Source: Trueperaceae bacterium
GTDB taxonomy: Bacteria > Deinococcota > Deinococci > Deinococcales > Trueperaceae
Reading direction: 5' to 3'
NCBI GenBank assembly: GCA_965213925.1
Contig: OZ243927.1
Span: 3,904,001 to 3,968,000, forward strand
DNA length: 64,000 bases
Positions 1-8,393 of the stretch are shown here, in pieces. Both the position numbers and the translations under genes were made by a program. A model generated the notes under the pieces. The model did not search any database and had not been told where the DNA came from. It was given only the letters and a program-made list of their open reading frames with translations. Each line of letters begins with the position of its first letter. Positions within the stretch are counted from its first letter, which is position 1.

Positions 1-952
1 GCCTTGCGCCGCCTTCAACCTGCTGCAAAGAACTAATGACTTCGGCGCTGCCCAACGTTCCGTCAGCGTTGATAGGGAAGCGCTTGATGCGCCCATCTAT
101 AGTTGCGGCGTAGAGTTTGCGATCAGGTCCGATGGCGAGCGAGGTATAGGAATCGTTGTCACTACTTGGGGTCACGGTCTCGCGGTCGAATCTGACATTG
201 CCAGGCGTATCTGGGTCTTTATCACCAGTTGTAAAGGTGCTCGAGAAAGGAATAAAGGCGTTGCCCCCCTGATCTTCAAGCCCGTCCGTCGTCTCGACGC
301 GGTACTCGGTGTTTTCCTTGAGAGGTTCGGTAGGGTTGAGCGTGATGATATCGAAGCCGCCCGATGTACCCCGAACAACGTTGACGGACGCACCTGTCGC
401 CACCTCGGTGAGTTTTACGTTCGAGGCAGTATTGGTTGAGTTCTCAAGTCCGCCGTCCGTATTCGCAGGATAGAGCGACACCGAAGCCTCGGGGTTGACG
501 CCCGTATCGCGGTTGCGAGGTTCTGAGCGGGCGATGCGGGGGCGGTCGCTTGTCTCGAAAGTCATTCTATAAGGCTCGACCGACATGCCGCTCTCATCTT
601 TGACACCGTCAGTAATTTCGAAGGCGTAGCGCACGTTGACGTCTAAAGTGTTATTGGGAAGGAAGATAATCTCATCACCTGAAAAAGAGATGTCGCCGGC
701 CAAAAGCGGCGCTTCATCTGCCCTGGTTAGCTTGACCGTACCGTTGCCGAGCGTGTCTTCATCAATAGGTCCGTTGGGAAGCTTTAGCTCCGCTACAACC
801 TCAGTATTTGGCGACACGACGTTTGCGCCGTTTCCGGGATTGGTATCGACTACAGAGGGCCGTTCTTTCGACCCGCCGCCGATAATCGGATCGAGGATAC
901 CGCACGATACAAGACTCAAAAGCAAGAAGGTGAAGGGGACAATTCTTTTCAT
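1..952 (-). CDS. Lipoprotein with tandem Ig-like (SbsA/Big_5-type) domains, running off the window start
   Basis: Not in ORF track. ATG at 952 with AAGGAG SD; reads MKRIVPFTFLLLSLVSCGILDPIIGGG (lipobox LVSC) and stays open to base 1. Two Ig-like repeats ending FET/FTT resemble the N-terminus of the neighbouring 801-aa protein. Confidence 0.8.
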   Translation of the reverse strand, partial: MKRIVPFTFLLLSLVSCGILDPIIGGGSKERPSVVDTNPGNGANVVSPNTEVVAELKLPNGPIDEDTLGNGTVKLTRADEAPLLAGDISFSGDEIIFLPNNTLDVNVRYAFEITDGVKDESGMSVEPYRMTFETSDRPRIARSEPRNRDTGVNPEASVSLYPANTDGGLENSTNTASNVKLTEVATGASVNVVRGTSGGFDIITLNPTEPLKENTEYRVETTDGLEDQGGNAFIPFSSTFTTGDKDPDTPGNVRFDRETVTPSSDNDSYTSLAIGPDRKLYAATIDGRIKRFPINADGTLGSAEVISSLQQVEGGAR

Positions 953-963
953 CTATACTCCTT

Positions 964-986
964 GGCGGCGGACTGAGTCCGCCGCC
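964..986. other. GC-rich intergenic stem-loop
   Basis: GGCGGCGGACT-G-AGTCCGCCGCC inverted repeat between the two lipoprotein genes, next to the SD of the downstream gene. Confidence 0.6.
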
Positions 987-1029
987 GTTTTAGGTTCTGG
1001 CTCTGCGCCAAACATTCTACTTTAACGTA

Positions 1030-3435
1030 TTATTCGGCTTCGGCAGGTTCGACGTTGGTGATGAGGTACATGTTGTCGTTGAAGTCACAGTTGGCGGTGT
1101 CCGAGGTGCCGCAACCGTTCTCTACGAAGTCCTGCGCGACGATGTAGGTGTTAGGGATCACAGTGTCGTTGCGCTCTGCCGGCCAGAAGCGGACGCCTAA
1201 GTTACCGTTGTTTCTCGAGCCAGTCACCCAGTTGGTGCTGTAGCTGTTGCGGACGACGAGTTCAAAGGGTCCGCCCGGCGAAACGGTCATCTCGGCGGCT
1301 GCCGTATCCGAGCCCTGTACGGGAGGCAACACGGATTGCCCGTAGACTTCGGCGTGCTCGAACCTCTCGAGGATAGTGCCGTCAACGATTACTCTAAGGT
1401 CGTCGTTGGAGGAGGAGGAGCAGCAGCTATGGAAGGCGGCAAGTTGGCGGATATGAATGGGTGCACTGCCGTTAGCGCGTTGCCAGAATTTCGAGATGAC
1501 CTCGTCGCCTGCAGGTCCGGTGAAGTCGTCGTCGTCCGGGGAGGCTGCGCTGGTAATTGCGCCTCTGGAATTTGTACCCATATCCGTGCTGTAGCCGAAC
1601 GCTTCAACGACTCTGCCTAAGTACTCTTCGCGACCGCCTTCGGGAGCCGTCTGGAAGATGCCCGCAAGCTCAACTTCGACGGTTTCACCGCCTACTTGCA
1701 TCTGTAAGGTCGCCTCGCGTATGCCTCTGTCGCCTTCGGTTTCAACGAATTCGACGGTGAGGTCTTCGCTTTGACTTACGCCAATGCTGAAGCCTGAGCC
1801 ACCGTTGCGAAGGACGAAGGCGTCGCTCGACTCGCCCGTGATCGTCAAATTGCTGACCGTGACCGTGCTGCTTCCGGTGTTGCTGAGGCGTAGAACGTTC
1901 AAGGTGTGGCATTTGAGTTCGGTGAAGGGCTCTATTCTGTCGCCGAAGTTGCCGCTGATGTTATTGATGCGGCTGAAGACCAAGCGGTCTCCGAAGGGCG
2001 CGCCCGTGAGGTTCTGTAGCTCGAGCGAGCCTCTCGTCACGCTAGCCGGTCTGTTCGAAATAATAGGCTCTACCTGGTTGCACGACGTCGCTTCGCTCGA
2101 GGGCATGACGTTGCGCACGATAACGACGATATCGTTGTAGTCGTAGCCCTGCGTGAATTCTTCGGTGGCGAGTACATATGCGTTGCTCTCTCCGGGTAGC
2201 GGGTAGGCGCGTACGTGATGCGGTATCGCGTCAGAGAAAGTGTTGAGGATATCTTGCGTATAAACGTAACGTTGACCAAAAAAGTCATTCTTAGGCCAGA
2301 AAGAGTAGAAACCGAAGCTCGCGCTGCCGGGGTCGAAACTTAGAGGTCCATCTGTATCGGGATTGAGCGTCTGAGCATTTTCTACGCCGTTCGTAACGTC
2401 GAAGAGTTTGTTGCGCGCGTCTGCGTCGCCCGCTTCGTACCAACCGAACTCGGCTACAGGCGTGTTGTTTACGCCGTAAGCGGCGAGCACTTCAACGGTC
2501 ACGTCGCCTAAGCCCGCTTTTTGAAAACGCTGAATGATGCGCTCGTCACCGAGAGCGTTGTTGAGGCCGCTACGCGCCTCCTCGTCGCCGTCTGGTACGT
2601 TCGTGATGGGCGTGGTCGAGTCGTCGTCGTCCCCGGTATCAACAGCGAGCCCGAAGGTATCGAAAATCCACTGTAGGGAGGGCTCGTTATCGCCGCCGTT
2701 CCCTACAACGCTGAGGCCGCGCAGACCGATCTCGGACGCTAAGCCGTTGATGTTGAGCGTCGTAATCTGCGGACCTAACTCGGTCGGCTCGAACGTGACC
2801 GTCACCTCGACGGAGTCACCCGGTGCGATGTCTGTGGGCAGGCTTGGTTCATTCGCAAGCGTGAACTGGCCGCTCCCAGGCGCTAGGCTCGTCAACGTAA
2901 ACGCTTCTGAGTCCGCATTAGTTAGCGTCAGGGTTTGTGGCTCGCTCGTCCCGTTATTCTGCGTCTCGAAGATGAGGGGCGCGGCGCTAGGCTCGAGCGG
3001 TCCAGAGACCGGCGTTTCGTCTTCGGCGGCGGTCGTAAAGGTGCTCGTAAATGCTTCGAACGAAGCGCCGCTCGTGTCTTTGACCGCGGAGCTGACTGAG
3101 AAAGTGTAGCGCGTCGAGAAGGCTAAGGAACCCTCAGGCGTGAGCGTAAGCGTGTTGTCCGATACGCTCGGCGTCGCGAGCACCGGAATATCTGCGCCAT
3201 CCGCGCGTAGCGTCACGGTCTGGTCGCTAACAGTCGTCTCGTTGAGGTCGCCGTTGGGCAACGTGAGCGTCGCGCTTATGTTCCTATCAACAGAAACTTT
3301 GTCCGCGCCGTCCGCGGGCGAGACGCTGCTGACTAAGGGCTCGTCTACCTCAGGGCCGGGCCCTGAACCTCCGAGTAGATCGCAGGACACCAAGCTCAAC
3401 ACAAGGAGGGGCAGGAGCGCAACGTTTCTCTTCAT
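1030..3435 (-). CDS. Large acidic lipoprotein with Ig-like and choice-of-anchor D/ASH-like domains
   Basis: 801 aa; lipobox LVSC; SbsA-like Ig domain; duplicated module ending YDYNDIVVIVRNVMP / CDFNDNMYLITNVEP. Confidence 0.8.
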   Translation of the reverse strand: MKRNVALLPLLVLSLVSCDLLGGSGPGPEVDEPLVSSVSPADGADKVSVDRNISATLTLPNGDLNETTVSDQTVTLRADGADIPVLATPSVSDNTLTLTPEGSLAFSTRYTFSVSSAVKDTSGASFEAFTSTFTTAAEDETPVSGPLEPSAAPLIFETQNNGTSEPQTLTLTNADSEAFTLTSLAPGSGQFTLANEPSLPTDIAPGDSVEVTVTFEPTELGPQITTLNINGLASEIGLRGLSVVGNGGDNEPSLQWIFDTFGLAVDTGDDDDSTTPITNVPDGDEEARSGLNNALGDERIIQRFQKAGLGDVTVEVLAAYGVNNTPVAEFGWYEAGDADARNKLFDVTNGVENAQTLNPDTDGPLSFDPGSASFGFYSFWPKNDFFGQRYVYTQDILNTFSDAIPHHVRAYPLPGESNAYVLATEEFTQGYDYNDIVVIVRNVMPSSEATSCNQVEPIISNRPASVTRGSLELQNLTGAPFGDRLVFSRINNISGNFGDRIEPFTELKCHTLNVLRLSNTGSSTVTVSNLTITGESSDAFVLRNGGSGFSIGVSQSEDLTVEFVETEGDRGIREATLQMQVGGETVEVELAGIFQTAPEGGREEYLGRVVEAFGYSTDMGTNSRGAITSAASPDDDDFTGPAGDEVISKFWQRANGSAPIHIRQLAAFHSCCSSSSNDDLRVIVDGTILERFEHAEVYGQSVLPPVQGSDTAAAEMTVSPGGPFELVVRNSYSTNWVTGSRNNGNLGVRFWPAERNDTVIPNTYIVAQDFVENGCGTSDTANCDFNDNMYLITNVEPAEAE

Positions 3436-4018
3436 AATTGTACTTCTTTCGGTCTGCGCGCAGCTAAGGCGGCGTGCGCCTCGGACCGTAAGAACGGAGC
3501 TTGCACTCCACAGCGTTCTGCTCGATGTTGTTCTTTCATTACGTTCTAGCCTCCTAATTGAGCTATCCTAGGGGTGTTTAACTATCTCTATCTCGTTAGG
3601 TCTCTTTTGCTGCTCTTTGATATGCACCTATGTGAGCTTAATTTCGCGTCTTCACTCTCGCTACACCATAGGCAGCCCCGATGAGCAACCTCTTAGCATT
3701 CTAAGGTGTGCGCGTGGCATTTTAGCGTACGAGTATTACAAGAATTTCACACCGGGAGCGGTTTTTTGAACCGTGAAGACATGTTAATAGTTGGCAAAGC
3801 TGCGCAGCGATTTTCTCGAGCCCTTTAGCGAGGTCGGGGCGTCACCTCTAAAGGTCGGTTGAGTAAGCTATCCCGCTGAGCGAGGACAGAATGCCTAACT
3901 TCTTCCTGTATTCTTGAGTCCATCCAACCGACTCGCATACCCCCAGACCGCACCAACCCTCAGCACTCAGTATGGCAGCGCGGTACACTCTAGCTTATGT
4001 CGCACTTTGCACCGGACC

Positions 4019-4447
4019 ATGTCAGCCGTTAGGGACACACTCTGGGGCGAGCAGCGCGAAGCGATCGAACGCAACCTCGAGCACCTCGACCCCGACCTCG
4101 CCAAGCTCGTCTTCGAGGTTGCCTACAATAGCGTTTTAGCGCAACCCGGCTTGGCGCTCAAGACGAGAGAGCTTCTAGCGGTCACGGCGCTCCTGAGCGT
4201 CGGCAGCGAGAGCGAGTTAAAGACGCACATGCGCGGCGCGCTGCGCTGCGGGGCGACCTTCGGCGAACTCAAGGAGACCGTGCTGCAAGCCGCGATGTTT
4301 CTGGGCTTTCCAAGGGCGCTCATGGGGATGCGCGTGCTGCAAAGCGTGCGCCCTGACGCTCCGGCACATAACGAAGCCTCACGCGCTAGTGCGTCAGAAA
4401 GCGCGCCGCATGTCGAGCCCGAGCAACTGGGCGACGACGACGCCTAG
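4019..4447 (+). CDS. Carboxymuconolactone decarboxylase (CMD/AhpD) family protein
   Basis: PGLALKTRELLAVTAL...ELKTHMRGALRCGAT...MFLGFPRA motif; start uncertain. Confidence 0.8.
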   Translation: MSAVRDTLWGEQREAIERNLEHLDPDLAKLVFEVAYNSVLAQPGLALKTRELLAVTALLSVGSESELKTHMRGALRCGATFGELKETVLQAAMFLGFPRALMGMRVLQSVRPDAPAHNEASRASASESAPHVEPEQLGDDDA

Positions 4448-4702
4448 TACCACGCCCACGGCGAGGAGCAGCGGCAAGAGTCGCGCCCAGTCCACGCTGC
4501 TTTTATCCTCTTTGGTGGATGCGCCGCTACTCAGCTCGAGCAGCAGCAGCAACCCGTACATCTCGCGTAGGTCCCCCTCCGCTTCGGACCCCTCAGAGAG
4601 GGACTCGAGCTTGTCTAACATACGCCTGAGCAGGGCTAGCTCGAGGTCTCGCCGAGCTGGTTTAGAGGCGTATTTTAGGTACCCACATAACGGCTTACGC
4701 AT
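4394..4702 (-). CDS. Small hypothetical protein with a C-terminal TM helix
   Basis: 102 aa; GAGGGGAG SD upstream; divergent from the LexA-like gene; overlaps the CMD tail. Confidence 0.5.
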   Translation of the reverse strand: MRKPLCGYLKYASKPARRDLELALLRRMLDKLESLSEGSEAEGDLREMYGLLLLLELSSGASTKEDKSSVDWARLLPLLLAVGVVLGVVVAQLLGLDMRRAF

Positions 4703-4953
4703 GACTTCTCCCCTCGTCTCGCATAACGGCGTCGCACGGGCTACGTGCTTACCGGGAACGTATCGTGTTGATTGGGACAGCGTAGTTTATAACGGCAGCT
4801 TACGGTGACAAGCTAAATAGTGCTGACAGTGACCTATGACAGTAAATAACTTTTGCAGTAAGTGAACGCACCACGCAGTTTGCGGTAAGTCGGTGCGGCG
4901 CTATAGGCACACCCCCCTTTACTCCCATATGCGAGTAGTTTATTATTACATAT

Positions 4954-5709
4954 GTGAGTGAGTCAAGCGCCCAAGTTACACCTTCGCCGCGAACGTCGAA
5001 AGGGTCAGCTAAAGGTCCTTTCCAGTCGCGAATTGCCGCGCGCATGACCGAATTCGGCATGAAGCGCCTAGAGGAGTTTGCCGACCATTTCGGCCTCGGA
5101 CGAACGACGGTGTACGGTCTCTACCACGGGCGCGTCTCGCCTAAAGGCAGCGTCGTTAAACCGAGCGTCGACACGCTCGTCAAACTCGCCGACGCCCTAG
5201 AAGTGCCGCTGCACGTGCTGGTGTACGAACTCGAGCCCGATGCTCGCGGCGCAGACCTCTTGACTGACCTCAAACCCATGCCCCCCCTCCAACGCATCGA
5301 GGTGCGCATGGCGGGTTGGGTCGGCGCGGGTCCAGATCAAACCGAGGAGATTTTAGACGAGCAACTCTGGGTCGAGGAGGAGTTCGCGAGAGGTCGCGAG
5401 CTTTTGGGTTTTAAGATTCGCGGCGACTCGATGGCGGCGGGTAGACACCCGATTTACGACAGCGATACCGTCCTGGTGGACAGGAACGCTAAAGGGCACA
5501 ACAACAGCCCTGTCGTCGCCCGTTTAATCGACAACGGTTACGTCTGTAAGCTGCTCAAAGAGGACCGCTTCAGCCACATCGTTAAGTTAGCCAGCGCCAA
5601 CCCCGAACACCAGAACGGCACGCCCACCGCCATCGCACCTGAGCAGATTGAAGAAATTGTAGGGCGCGTCGTGCGCATCGTGCATGACCAGGTATTCTCG
5701 AGCGTCTAG
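4954..5709 (+). CDS. HTH plus S24 autopeptidase repressor (LexA/CI-like; resembles deinococcal LexA2-type proteins)
   Basis: N-terminal XRE-like HTH (PSVDTLVKLADAL); Ala-Gly cleavage site VGAG; catalytic GDSM serine and VCK lysine. Confidence 0.85.
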   Translation: MSESSAQVTPSPRTSKGSAKGPFQSRIAARMTEFGMKRLEEFADHFGLGRTTVYGLYHGRVSPKGSVVKPSVDTLVKLADALEVPLHVLVYELEPDARGADLLTDLKPMPPLQRIEVRMAGWVGAGPDQTEEILDEQLWVEEEFARGRELLGFKIRGDSMAAGRHPIYDSDTVLVDRNAKGHNNSPVVARLIDNGYVCKLLKEDRFSHIVKLASANPEHQNGTPTAIAPEQIEEIVGRVVRIVHDQVFSSV

Positions 5710-5761
5710 CTTTCAGCTATTTCTTCGCAGCTTCAGTACACCTTCTGGCAGATGATGAACC

Positions 5762-5962
5762 ATGTCATTCGGAATGTGGCGCGGCGGAGCGAAGAATCTC
5801 TGATAATGGGTCAAGGTCGAATGACGCGCCTCGTGAGCGGAATCCAACTCCCGCTAACCAACAAGGGGTTGCAACCCCTTGTTCATATTTCATATTCAGT
5901 GAGCATTCCAGAGAAAGCCACTACCCGTAAGACTTCGTCCTACTGCGCGAATAGGGTGACAA
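5762..5962. repeat. Degenerate GTCATT..AGAATCT / GGGTGACA repeat with an embedded 24-bp palindrome
   Basis: Ends resemble the internal arms of the MITE family at 16372, 19223, 33339 and 55667; perfect palindrome AACAAGGGGTTGCAACCCCTTGTT at 5860-5883. Confidence 0.55.
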
Positions 5963-6075
5963 GTACGCTATAGAACTCAGTTGACGGTGTAGTCAGTCGC
6001 AGGTACTACAAATCTGGGGTGTTTTCTACGGAGCAGCTCGCTCCCATCTCTTATACTTTCCCTCGAGGTGACGTC

Positions 6076-7137
6076 ATGCATAAGTTAGTCCGCCGCTCGG
6101 CGCGCAAAGTCGGGCAGGCTCCGGGGACGATGGTCTATACCGGCGACGCGCAAGATGAGGCGGTGCGCGTCGCCCTATTCACATATGGCGCTTCTGGAGC
6201 GCAGCACCGCGAAGCGCTAGAAGCGCGTGAGGCGCTCGATTTATTGGACGCAGAGCGGGTCAACTGGCTCAATGTAAGTGGCTTACACCGCCCTGAGGTC
6301 ATCCGCACGGTAGGCGAGCACATCGGTCTTCACCCGCTGACGCTAGAGGACATCGTCAGCACCGGGCAGCGCCCCAAAGTCGAGTTTTTCGACGCCTACG
6401 TCTTTATCGTGTTACGGATGCTCAACCTTCAAGGAGCGGGCACCATCCGCGACGAACAGGTCAGCATCATTGTCACGAAAGACGCTGTGTTTTCCTTTCA
6501 AGAGCGGCAAGGCGACGTGTTCGACCCTGTGCGCGCGCGCATCAGAGGCAATAAGGGAAGAATTTGCAAGTCCGGCTCCGACTACCTCGCGTATACGCTC
6601 TTAGACGCGGTGGTGGACTCCTACTTCACCGTGTTAGAAGGGGTGAGTGAGCGGCTCGAGGCGTTAGAGGAGACCCTTATCACCGAAGCCACCCCCGACA
6701 CCTTAAAAGAGATCAACACTTATAAACGCGAGATGCTCTTCTTGCGTAAAGCCGTCTGGCCGCTCCGCGAGGTGCTGAGCCTCTTGATGCGCGAGGACAG
6801 CCCCCTTATCAGCGCGCATACGCTCACGTACCTAAGAGACGTTTACGAACACACCGTGCAGGTCATCGACACGGTGGAGACCTTCCGCGACATCCTCACG
6901 GGGATGCTCGACGTGTACCTGTCCAGCGTCTCGAACCGCATGAACGAGGTGATGAAGGTCTTGACCATCATCGCCACGATTTTCATCCCGCTGACCTTCA
7001 TTGCGGGCGTATACGGTATGAACTTCATCTACATGCCCGAGCTGTCGTGGCGCTGGGGCTATCCGGCGGTGTGGCTCCTTATGCTCGCAGTCGCGCTCAG
7101 TCTTATCGTCTACTTTAGGCGGAAGCGTTGGCTATAG
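6076..7137 (+). CDS. corA: Magnesium/cobalt transporter CorA
   Basis: YGMNF signature, MPEL loop, two C-terminal TMs; ATG 6076 with GAGGTG SD. Confidence 0.95.
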   Translation: MHKLVRRSARKVGQAPGTMVYTGDAQDEAVRVALFTYGASGAQHREALEAREALDLLDAERVNWLNVSGLHRPEVIRTVGEHIGLHPLTLEDIVSTGQRPKVEFFDAYVFIVLRMLNLQGAGTIRDEQVSIIVTKDAVFSFQERQGDVFDPVRARIRGNKGRICKSGSDYLAYTLLDAVVDSYFTVLEGVSERLEALEETLITEATPDTLKEINTYKREMLFLRKAVWPLREVLSLLMREDSPLISAHTLTYLRDVYEHTVQVIDTVETFRDILTGMLDVYLSSVSNRMNEVMKVLTIIATIFIPLTFIAGVYGMNFIYMPELSWRWGYPAVWLLMLAVALSLIVYFRRKRWL

Positions 7138-7309
7138 CATTTCTCCTTAAGATCTCTTAACTTCTGTACTCTCGGTTCTCGAAAAGCAGTAGAAATTAGC
7201 GCATGGTTGTCCTACTAAAACATGCTATAACACAAAGTCAACCCTGCAGCTTACGCCTACCACGCTATCCGCGCTGTGGGATAGGTTATACTGTTCTTTA
7301 GGAGGATTC

Positions 7310-8239
7310 ATGAAAAAACTGCTTACGTTTCTATTAACATCGTCTTTGCTGTTGGTTAGCGGTCTCGCCCTCGCGCAAGACCCTGTTCGTGTTGGCTCCA
7401 AACAGTTTACCGAAAATGTCGTGTTGGCGAAAATCATCATCACGGCGTTGGAGAACGCGGACATCCCTACGACCGACCAGACGCCCTTAGGCGCGACGGA
7501 CGTGAACCGCTCGGCGCTCGTCAACGGCGAAATCGACGTTTACCCGGAGTACACGGGCACAGCAATCAGTAACTTCTTAATCAATGAAGGCGCGGACGTA
7601 CCTGAAGGTGCCTCGAGCGACGGCGAGCAGTCGTACGGAATCGTCAGCGAGTACGACCAGGAAAACAACAACTTGTGCTGGCTCGAGCCCGCCCCCGCGA
7701 ATAACACCTACGCCATCGCCGTCACCGAGTCGTTTGCCGAAGAGAACGGTTTAGAGACGCTCGCCGACTACGCCGAATACGTCAACAGTGGTGGCGAAGT
7801 CATGATGCCTGTCGGCGACGAGTTCGCGCAGCGCCCGGACGGTCTGCAAGCTTTCGAGGAGACGTACGGCTTCGACCTTACCCAAGACCAGCTCCTCGTT
7901 ATCGCTGGCGGTCAGCCCGCGCAAACCGAGCAGGCTCTAGCCGAAGGCGCGAACGGCGCGAACGCGGCGATGGCGTACGGCACGGACGGCGCACTCATGG
8001 CGTATAACTTCCGCGTGTTAGAAGACCCCGAGGGGGCACAGCCCGTCTTTCAGCCGACGCCCGTGTTCCGCTGCGGCGTGCTCGAGACCTATTCCAGCAT
8101 CCCCGAGGTCTTAAATCCCATCTTCGAAACGCTCGACAACGAAACGCTGCAAGAACTCAACGCTCGCGTAGACGTGGACGGCGAAAACCCCGAAGCGGTC
8201 GCGCAGAGCTTCCTAGAGGAAAACGGCTTTTTAGAGTAA
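7310..8239 (+). CDS. Osmoprotectant (glycine betaine/choline type) ABC substrate-binding protein, OsmF/YehZ-like, cluster 1
   Basis: Signal peptide; VGSKQFTE, DVYPEYTGT, PANNTYAIAV and MAYGTDG motifs. Confidence 0.9.
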   Translation: MKKLLTFLLTSSLLLVSGLALAQDPVRVGSKQFTENVVLAKIIITALENADIPTTDQTPLGATDVNRSALVNGEIDVYPEYTGTAISNFLINEGADVPEGASSDGEQSYGIVSEYDQENNNLCWLEPAPANNTYAIAVTESFAEENGLETLADYAEYVNSGGEVMMPVGDEFAQRPDGLQAFEETYGFDLTQDQLLVIAGGQPAQTEQALAEGANGANAAMAYGTDGALMAYNFRVLEDPEGAQPVFQPTPVFRCGVLETYSSIPEVLNPIFETLDNETLQELNARVDVDGENPEAVAQSFLEENGFLE

Positions 8240-8277
8240 GCGTTAAGACCCTCACTGCGTTTTCACTACTTCAACCT

Positions 8278-8303
8278 TGGGTCGAGTTTGCTCAACTCGA
8301 CCC
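8278..8303. other. Stem-loop after the substrate-binding gene (likely mRNA stabiliser or attenuator)
   Basis: GGGTCGAGTT-TGCTC-AACTCGACCC; an equivalent hairpin follows the second SBP gene. Confidence 0.55.
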
Positions 8304-8393
8304 TTCGTCTTGGGAAATAATCTTGAGTTTCGACGTTCAACTACGAAGTCAGCTCGGTAAAACGTACGGCGCGTATCCTTTGGAGGTGAAACT

